DNA of 64,000 nucleotides, taken from NCBI GenBank assembly GCA_045627525.1, contig JAZQNW010000006.1, positions 20,962-84,961 on the forward strand, read 5' to 3'. This DNA is from Bacilli bacterium (GTDB lineage: Bacteria > Bacillota_I > Bacilli_A > RF39 > UBA660). Both the position numbers and the translations under genes were made by a program. Positions 57,298 to 64,000 of this stretch are shown here, piece by piece. A model generated the notes under the pieces. The model ran no database searches, was not told the DNA's origin, and worked only from the letters and a program-made list of their open reading frames with translations. The number at the start of each line of letters is the position of its first letter. Position 1 is the first letter of the stretch.

Positions 57298-57840
57298 ATG
57301 AATGGGTTAATTATTGCTATTGGAGTAGTAGTTTTAATATTACTAATTTGGTTTATTGCAGTATCTAATAAATTAAATAAAGCAATTGTTAAAATTGAAG
57401 AAGCTGATTCTGATATTGATGTTGCTTTAACAAAAAGATATGATGTTTTAACTAAAATGTTGGATACTGTTAAAGGATATGCTAAACATGAAAAAGAAGT
57501 TATAATTGAAACAATAAATCTTAGAAAAGGTATGAGTATTTCTGAAAAAAATGAAGCTAATAATAAAATGGATGAAGCTTTTGGTAAACTTAATGTAGTT
57601 GCTGAAAATTATCCGGATTTAAAAGCTTCTGAAAATTTTAAGACTTTACAATTATCTATTAGCGATGTTGAAGAACATCTACAAGCTTCAAGAAGATTGT
57701 ATAATGCTAATGTTTCTAGATTTAATCAAATGATTGTTACATTCCCAACTAGCATTGTTGCTGGAATGAAGAGCTTAAAGAAAAAAGATTTCTTTGAAGC
57801 AGAAGAGATAAAAAAACAAGATGTAAAAATTGAATTTTAA
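57298..57840 (+). CDS. lemA: LemA family protein
   Basis: N-terminal TM helix then LemA motifs (KIEEADSDIDVALTKRYDVL ... YPDLKASENF). Confidence 0.85.
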   Translation: MNGLIIAIGVVVLILLIWFIAVSNKLNKAIVKIEEADSDIDVALTKRYDVLTKMLDTVKGYAKHEKEVIIETINLRKGMSISEKNEANNKMDEAFGKLNVVAENYPDLKASENFKTLQLSISDVEEHLQASRRLYNANVSRFNQMIVTFPTSIVAGMKSLKKKDFFEAEEIKKQDVKIEF

Positions 57841-57841
57841 A

Positions 57842-57860
57842 AGTAGACTAATGTCTACTT
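57842..57860. terminator. Bidirectional terminator
   Basis: AGTAGAC-taat-GTCTACT hairpin flanked by A and T runs. Confidence 0.6.
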
Positions 57861-59065
57861 TTTAATTTTTCTAATTTTTCATATATTTCTTTTAATTGTT
57901 TTTCATAACCAACGTCTTTTGGCTGATAGTATTTTTTATTTTTTATTTTGTCTGGTAAATATTGTTGTACTACAAAAGCTCCTTTATAATCATGAGGATA
58001 TTTATAATCAGGTGAATCTGGTTTTATATTTTTAGGAATATTACCAACATTTCCTTGTTCTATATCTTCTAAGGCTTTATCTAATGCTATGTGAGCAGTA
58101 TTACTTTTTGGAGAAAGAGCCATTTCTGAAACAATGGTTCCTAAAGGAATTCTTGCTTCAGGTAGTCCAACTCTTTCAGCTGCATTAATGGCTGAATCTA
58201 ATCTAGGACCAATTGCAGGATTTGCTAATCCTATATCTTCATAAGCTATGACACTTAATCTTCGATAAATTGAATCTAAATCGCCAATTGCTATTAATCT
58301 TGCTAGGTAATGAAGGGCAGCATCTATATCACTACCACGTATTGATTTTTGCAATCCACTAAGAACATCATAGTGCCCATCTCCATTTTTATCAGAAAAG
58401 AAAACTGGTTTATTATTTATAGCTTTTATTTTTTCTTCAGTTATTTTTTTATCATCAGTAGAGTAGTAAGCTATTTCTAATAAGTTATAAGCATATCTTA
58501 AGTCGTTTCCAGAGAGCTTTGCTATTAATTCAATACTTTTGTTATCTATTTCTATATTGACTAAATCTGGGTGCTTTATGGCTTTTTTAAGGCCTTTTAT
58601 TATATCTTTTGTTTCTAATTCTTGTAATTCAAATAATTGACATCTACTTCTAATAGCTGGATTTATTGAGTGATATGGATTTGATGTAGTCATGCCAATT
58701 AAAGTTATTAATCCACTTTCTAGTTGTGGTAATAATATATCTTGTTTATCTTTATTTAGACGATGAATTTCATCTAATATTAAAACCAATCCATCATACA
58801 TTTTTGCTTCTTCTATAACTATGTCTAAGTCTTTTTTTGTATTTATAGTGGCATTTAAAAAACGATATCTTATACCTAAGTCAGATACTATTGCATTTGC
58901 TATAGATGTTTTTCCTATTCCTGGTTTGCCATATAAGATCATGGAAAAAATTTTTTTATTTTTTACTAAATTAGTTAATATCTTTCCTTTACCTATTAGA
59001 TGTTCTTGACCTATAACTTCTTTTAATGCAGTTGGAGCTAATTTTAATGCTAATGGTTTTTCCAT
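57848..59065 (-). CDS. rarA: Replication-associated recombination protein A (AAA+ ATPase RarA/MgsA)
   Basis: Walker A ILYGKPGIGKTS, Walker B LILDEIHR and the MgsA C-terminal helical domain. ATG 59065 follows a GTGGTGA RBS. Confidence 0.88.
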   Translation of the reverse strand: MEKPLALKLAPTALKEVIGQEHLIGKGKILTNLVKNKKIFSMILYGKPGIGKTSIANAIVSDLGIRYRFLNATINTKKDLDIVIEEAKMYDGLVLILDEIHRLNKDKQDILLPQLESGLITLIGMTTSNPYHSINPAIRSRCQLFELQELETKDIIKGLKKAIKHPDLVNIEIDNKSIELIAKLSGNDLRYAYNLLEIAYYSTDDKKITEEKIKAINNKPVFFSDKNGDGHYDVLSGLQKSIRGSDIDAALHYLARLIAIGDLDSIYRRLSVIAYEDIGLANPAIGPRLDSAINAAERVGLPEARIPLGTIVSEMALSPKSNTAHIALDKALEDIEQGNVGNIPKNIKPDSPDYKYPHDYKGAFVVQQYLPDKIKNKKYYQPKDVGYEKQLKEIYEKLEKLKSRH

Positions 59066-59152
59066 ATATATCACCACATATATTTTATCAAAGATAATAT
59101 AAAATGACTAGAATATCTCCATAAAATTTTATATAATAATATTGGTGATACA

Positions 59153-60052
59153 ATGAAAATTATAGATGCAATAGATGATTTTATAAATTATTGTATATTT
59201 GAAAAAGGACTTTCTGATAAAACTAGAGAATCTTATACTAATGATTTAGATGTTTATAGAGAATTTTTAAATGAAAAGGGTATATATGATGTTCAAAATA
59301 TAAGTTCTTCAGAAATTAAAGAATTTTTAAAAAATAGAAATTCTATAGATAAAACAACTACTATTGCACATAATTTAACAGTTATTAAAAATTTTCATAG
59401 TTATTTATTAAAACAAAATATAATGAAAGAAGATCCTAGTGAATTTGTAGAAAGACCTAAATTAAAGAAGTCTTTACCTAAGACGCTTAGTATTGACGAT
59501 GTTGATAAGCTACTTGATATTGAATTGTCATCGTTATTTGACTATCGTAATAAAGCTATGTTAGAATTGATGTACGGTACTGGTTTAAGAGTAAGTGAAT
59601 TGGTATCTTTAACTGTTAGTGATATAGACCTTACTAATTGTTTAGTTAGAGTTATGGGGAAGGGCAGTAAAGAAAGAAAAATACCATTAGGTGAATATTC
59701 AGTTTATTATTTAAAATTATATTTAGATAGACGTAATTCTATGTTAAAAGGTAAACCCTGCGATAAATTATTTTTAAATAATCATGGATTAGGAATGACA
59801 AGACAAGGTTTTTTTAAAAATTTGAAACAATTATTATTTGAAAAAGGACTTAATGCTGATATTTCACCTCATGTTTTACGTCATAGTTTTGCTACTCACT
59901 TATTAAATAGAGGTGCTGATTTAAGAAGTATTCAAGAAATGTTAGGACATTCTGATATTGCTACCACAAAAATATATACTCATGTAAGCAATGAAAAAGT
60001 AATTGAGGATTATAATAAATACCATCCTCGTAGTCATAAAGGAGATGTTTGA
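59153..60052 (+). CDS. xerD: Tyrosine recombinase XerD
   Basis: Catalytic R...HxxR...Y pattern (LRVSE...HVLRHSFATHLLNRGADLRSIQEMLGHSDIATTKIYTHV). xerD(ripX)-deoB synteny matches Bacillus. Confidence 0.8.
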   Translation: MKIIDAIDDFINYCIFEKGLSDKTRESYTNDLDVYREFLNEKGIYDVQNISSSEIKEFLKNRNSIDKTTTIAHNLTVIKNFHSYLLKQNIMKEDPSEFVERPKLKKSLPKTLSIDDVDKLLDIELSSLFDYRNKAMLELMYGTGLRVSELVSLTVSDIDLTNCLVRVMGKGSKERKIPLGEYSVYYLKLYLDRRNSMLKGKPCDKLFLNNHGLGMTRQGFFKNLKQLLFEKGLNADISPHVLRHSFATHLLNRGADLRSIQEMLGHSDIATTKIYTHVSNEKVIEDYNKYHPRSHKGDV

Positions 60053-60053
60053 T

Positions 60054-61220
60054 TTGAGATTTAATCGAATTTTTTTAGTCGTTTTAGACTCTTTGGGCGT
60101 TGGAGAAACTAGTGATGCAGTTAATTTTAATGATAATGGAGCTAATACTTTAGGACATATTATTGAAAAATGTGATATTTTTATACCAAATTTAAAGAAA
60201 ATTGGTTTTTTGGATGTTTTAAATATGAATGATGATGATTCTGTAGAAGCATATTATACTATAGCTAAACCTATAAATGCTGGTAAAGATACACTTAATG
60301 GTCATTATGAAATGGTTGGAATAAAAAATGATATTCCTTTTAAAACATTTAATAATGGATTTACTTATGATATTTTAGCTGGTATTGAACAAGTTACAGG
60401 TAGAAGAGTTATAGGTAATAAGTGCTGTAATGATGATGCAATTATTCAAGAATTAGGTGAAAGACAAGCTAATTATGGTTCTTTAATTATATATACTTCA
60501 GCTGATTCTGATTTACAAGTTGCTGCGCATGAAGACTGTATTCCTATTGCTACTTTATATAAGTATTGCGAAAAAATAAGAGCGTTAACTTTAAAGGAAG
60601 ATTGGAGAATTGGTAGAGTAATTGCTAGACCTTTTACTGGTCATCCTGGAAAATATAGATTAATGAATAATTGTCGTAAGGATTATGCTGTAAAACCTCC
60701 TAAAAAGATGCTTTTAGATAGTTTAGTTGATAATAGTTATAATGTTATTGGCATTGGGAAAATTAATGATATTTTTGATGGACAGGGAATTAATAAGGCA
60801 ATTAAAGCAACTACTAATGCTGAAGCTGTAAATAAATTGATAGATATTATGGATAAGCATTTTAATGGACTTTGTATGGTAAATTTAGCTGATTTTGATA
60901 ATTTATATGGCCATGCTAGAGATGTAGAAGGGTATGCTAGGGCAATAGAAGAGTTAGATGTAGACTTGCCAATTATTTTAAATAAATTGGAATTAGATGA
61001 TTTACTTATTATTACTGCTGATCATGGTAATGATCCAACTTTTAAGGGCTGTGATCATACTAGGGAGAATGTTCCGGTAATATTATATAGTCGTAATTTT
61101 AAAGAGCCAAAACGTTTAGCAGTATTTGATACTTTAGCTAATATAGGAGCAACAATTGCTGATAATTTTGAAGTAGAGTTTGGTGAAATTGGTACAAGTA
61201 TTTTAGATCAATTAAAATAA
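60054..61220 (+). CDS. deoB: Phosphopentomutase
   Basis: IFLVVLDSLGVGE...ADHGNDPT metal-dependent phosphopentomutase motifs. A probable TTG start at 60054 lies 8 nt after an AAGGAG RBS; the ORF opens at 60003 inside xerD. Confidence 0.85.
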   Translation: MRFNRIFLVVLDSLGVGETSDAVNFNDNGANTLGHIIEKCDIFIPNLKKIGFLDVLNMNDDDSVEAYYTIAKPINAGKDTLNGHYEMVGIKNDIPFKTFNNGFTYDILAGIEQVTGRRVIGNKCCNDDAIIQELGERQANYGSLIIYTSADSDLQVAAHEDCIPIATLYKYCEKIRALTLKEDWRIGRVIARPFTGHPGKYRLMNNCRKDYAVKPPKKMLLDSLVDNSYNVIGIGKINDIFDGQGINKAIKATTNAEAVNKLIDIMDKHFNGLCMVNLADFDNLYGHARDVEGYARAIEELDVDLPIILNKLELDDLLIITADHGNDPTFKGCDHTRENVPVILYSRNFKEPKRLAVFDTLANIGATIADNFEVEFGEIGTSILDQLK

Positions 61221-61232
61221 GCTATAAAAAAA

Positions 61233-61257
61233 GTAGGGGAGGTTCCCCTACTTTTTT
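61233..61257. terminator. Bidirectional terminator
   Basis: GTAGGGGA-ggt-TCCCCTAC GC-rich hairpin flanked by an A7 run and a T6 run, between convergent genes. Confidence 0.75.
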
Positions 61258-61447
61258 ATTCATCGTCTTCATTCTCGTCATCTTCATCAGTAGTAGTATT
61301 TTCAAAACTTTCACAAATAGTTTCATCAGTTGATTCACATTCATTTTTATCACATGTACAACTAATTTTAACAGAATCTAATTCACAGCAATCTTTATCA
61401 TTATGATCGCAGGCTTTTACATTACATTTAATTTTATTTTTAGCCAT
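61256..61447 (-). CDS. Small Cys-rich protein with a poly-acidic C-terminal tail, DUF1540-like
   Basis: 63 aa with 9 Cys (CNVKACDHNDKDCCELDSVKISCTCDKNEC) and a DEDDENEDDE tail. Strong GGAGGAT RBS. Confidence 0.55.
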   Translation of the reverse strand: MAKNKIKCNVKACDHNDKDCCELDSVKISCTCDKNECESTDETICESFENTTTDEDDENEDDE

Positions 61448-61877
61448 ATAATTATATCCTCCTCTCTAAATAATAGTTTGTATAGAAATAGTTAAAATAT
61501 ACATAGTTTAATATTTTAAATTTAGATGGATAATCACCTTGCTTTTAATAAATAAATCGCTTAAAATGCATTTTAGTATTTTTAGGGTAAAAGAGAGGTA
61601 ATACTATAGAATATTAAATTTGGTATAAATACAAACTAAAATGATTCATATAGAATATAATGTTATGAATATATAAATTGAAATTGTTTAAAGCTGTATT
61701 ATATTTATGTAAGATATTATTATTTATATCTTTATAATGCATATTTATACATAGTAATAATAATAGAATAGAATAACAAAAAATATTGCAATTAGATATT
61801 ATTAATAAACTATAATTATAAAGAAGTTGACATAATATCAATTATAGGAAGTTGATAGTTGAGTGTATATACAATAA

Positions 61878-61900
61878 AAAAGACTGTTTTATCAGTCTTT
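61878..61900 (-). terminator. Rho-independent terminator for the minus-strand gene 61905..62672
   Basis: AAGACTG-ttttat-CAGTCTT hairpin followed by a T run on the minus strand. Confidence 0.65.
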
Positions 61901-61904
61901 TTAT

Positions 61905-62672
61905 TTATACTTTTCTTGATTGAATTTCAGCTATTTTTTCTAAAACTTCTTTAGCGTTATCTTCATTAATCTCTGTAAATCCTAATTCTTTTAAAGCTTG
62001 AACTTTTGCTGTATTTAATTCTTGTGTACGAGATAATTTTTCTTCATTTTTATGTTCAATATCTTCAACAAAGCGTTTATGAGCAGCACTTAGTTTAGTT
62101 TTAGATGCGCCTCCATTATTATATAGGGTCATAGCACTAAACATAATACTTTCGAAGATGAATTGCTTATCATTGTTAAATACAAAATCTGTTGGTTTAG
62201 TAAATCCTAATGATTTAGATATATATCCTAGCATATATTTTAATTCAGGACTATTTTCAATTGATTGTAAAAAATGATATAAATATAAATAAGTATTATA
62301 TGTATCTTTAGTTTTATCTGAAGATAATTGTTCTTTTAATAAGCTAATTATATCAGATAATAATTCTTGTTCTTTACGGTTAAATCCTTTTAAGTCAGCT
62401 ATGATCTCTTTATTTGAGGAATCTTTTACTCCTTCATTTAACCTACTCTCTACTTCGATAATATATTCACCATTTATTTTTAATTTTCCTAACTCCTCTA
62501 TTGTTTCTATATTTAATAAACTCAATAGTTTAGCAGCTTTTTCTTTAGGCCAATTATTTATATCATCAATTGCTAAATAATTATATAACATTTGTCTAGA
62601 TACTCCTAAATATTTTGCTAGGCGTACTTTGCTAATTCCAAGTTCTGTAAGTACTACGTTTAATTCTTTCAT
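61905..62672 (-). CDS. XRE-family HTH domain protein with an uncharacterised C-terminal domain
   Basis: N-terminal HTH (LGISKVRLAKYLGVSRQMLYNYL). ATG 62672 follows a GGAGGG RBS; the ORF track extends it to 62774. Confidence 0.55.
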   Translation of the reverse strand: MKELNVVLTELGISKVRLAKYLGVSRQMLYNYLAIDDINNWPKEKAAKLLSLLNIETIEELGKLKINGEYIIEVESRLNEGVKDSSNKEIIADLKGFNRKEQELLSDIISLLKEQLSSDKTKDTYNTYLYLYHFLQSIENSPELKYMLGYISKSLGFTKPTDFVFNNDKQFIFESIMFSAMTLYNNGGASKTKLSAAHKRFVEDIEHKNEEKLSRTQELNTAKVQALKELGFTEINEDNAKEVLEKIAEIQSRKV

Positions 62673-62737
62673 ACATTGCCCTCCTAATATAATTATAATT
62701 ATATTGTTTTGAATAATCAAGTGTAAATTGACACTTT

Positions 62738-63772
62738 TTATAAAATTTCTTCTATTATTCCTCCACCTAAGCAAATTTCATCTTTGTCATATATTACTAC
62801 TGATTGTCCTTTTGTAATAGCTCTTTCTTTTTCTTTTAAAATTACTTCTAACTTATTATTATCTATTAATTTTACTGTTGCTTCTTTTAACTGACTTCTA
62901 GATCTTATTTTTACTAATACTTCGGAATCTAGATTGTCAGTTAATAAATTTATATTATTAGCAATAAATCTTTCTTTAAACAGATCATTATTATTACCAA
63001 CAATAATTTCATTTGTGTTTTTATTAATATCAGTTACATATAATGGTTCTTTATAGCTAATATTTAATCCTTTTCTTTGACCTATTGTATAGTTAATTAA
63101 GCCATTATGATGACCTAAAATAGTACCATCTTTTAGACAAATATTTCCAATTGATGGTAATTTATCCATATTAGCTGATAAAAAGGCCTTATAATCGTCA
63201 TTTGGTACAAAGCATACCTCTTGACTATCTTTTTTACTTTTGACTGGTAAATCAGCTTTTTCTGCTATATTTCTAATATCACTTTTACTACTATAATTTT
63301 CTAATGGGAAAATAATGTAATTTAATAAATCTTTTTTTATACCATACAAAAAGTATGATTGATCTTTATCTTTATTAGCTGCCATTTTTAATTTGCCATT
63401 TTCAATTTTAGCATAATGTCCGGTAGCTATATATTCATATCCTAATTCTTTAGCTTTTTCATAGAAAATACCAAATTTAAACTTTTTATTACATAATATA
63501 CATGGATTAGGTGTTAATCCGTTTTTATAGTTATTAATAAAATCGTTTATAACAATGTTTTTAAATTCTTCAACTAAATCAAATACATAATGCTTTATTC
63601 CTAAAATATTACAAACTTCTTTAGCATCTTTAATAGCATTATTAGTTTTTTCATCATCTAGTAATTTCATTGTTGCCCCTACTATATCATGTCCTTGTTG
63701 CATTAAAATATATGCCGCAACTGATGAATCTACTCCACCACTCATTGCTACTACAACTTTTTTCTTTAACAT
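62738..63772 (-). CDS. mnmA: tRNA-specific 2-thiouridylase
   Basis: PP-loop VVVAMSGGVDSSV and the catalytic Cys region (GHYAKI...QSYFLY). ATG 63772 follows a GGTGA RBS. Confidence 0.9.
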   Translation of the reverse strand: MLKKKVVVAMSGGVDSSVAAYILMQQGHDIVGATMKLLDDEKTNNAIKDAKEVCNILGIKHYVFDLVEEFKNIVINDFINNYKNGLTPNPCILCNKKFKFGIFYEKAKELGYEYIATGHYAKIENGKLKMAANKDKDQSYFLYGIKKDLLNYIIFPLENYSSKSDIRNIAEKADLPVKSKKDSQEVCFVPNDDYKAFLSANMDKLPSIGNICLKDGTILGHHNGLINYTIGQRKGLNISYKEPLYVTDINKNTNEIIVGNNNDLFKERFIANNINLLTDNLDSEVLVKIRSRSQLKEATVKLIDNNKLEVILKEKERAITKGQSVVIYDKDEICLGGGIIEEIL

Positions 63773-64000
63773 ATATATCACCATGTTTAATTATACAGTA
63801 TTTTTTATATTTAAGCTAGTTTTAGTATATGAGGTATTAGATATGCTTCTAAAAATGTAGAAATTATAAAGACTATTATAGCTAGTATTAATATTTTTAA
63901 ATATCTATTTACTATAATTTTTCTATTATATTCTTTTTTCTTAAATAAATAGTTAAATAACATTATATTAAAACTAATTGAGTAATATACTAATATAAAA

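Noticed and set aside
59153-60052. Tyrosine recombinase as a marker of an integrated mobile element
   Set aside because: The XerD-type catalytic motifs and the xerD(ripX)-deoB synteny, together with housekeeping neighbours on both sides (rarA, deoB), argue for the chromosomal dimer-resolution recombinase. There are no flanking direct repeats, no phage or IS genes and no tRNA-adjacent island.
1-64000. CRISPR arrays, IS elements, prophage or integron features
   Set aside because: No regularly spaced direct repeats with unique spacers were seen, and no transposase, DDE-family, phage structural or integrase gene was found other than the chromosomal xerD. The only long repeats are the paralogous pilin-like gene tracts.

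Overview
This is a ~27% GC contig from an endospore-forming, low-GC Firmicute (Clostridia-like). Most of the window is housekeeping. Confidently recognised genes are uvrC, mutL, miaA, rpsT, gpr, spoIIP, yidD, rnc, rnj, gltX, mutS, nusB, xseAB, spoIVB, spoIIGA-sigE, tdk, yigZ, alaS, holA, lemA, rarA, xerD, deoB and mnmA, plus tRNA-Arg(CCT), tRNA-Met(CAT) and tRNA-Gln(CTG). The accessory part is the first ~12 kb. It holds three cassettes, each made of a giant protein (about 800 to more than 1200 aa) with a canonical type IV prepilin signal followed by a small membrane-anchored partner protein; these are wrapped around uvrC and abut mutL. No pilus assembly machinery is visible in the window. Two of the giant genes share long, mosaic, near-identical DNA tracts. 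Other points of interest are a T-box-like leader upstream of two dNMP-kinase-like genes, alaS and holA; a zinc-ribbon/DUF4352-like gene carrying two lesions; three tandem TPR-like paralogues between gltX and mutS; mutS separated from mutL by lineage-specific genes; and a ZnuA-like lipoprotein missing its metal ligands. I found no CRISPR array, IS element or prophage.
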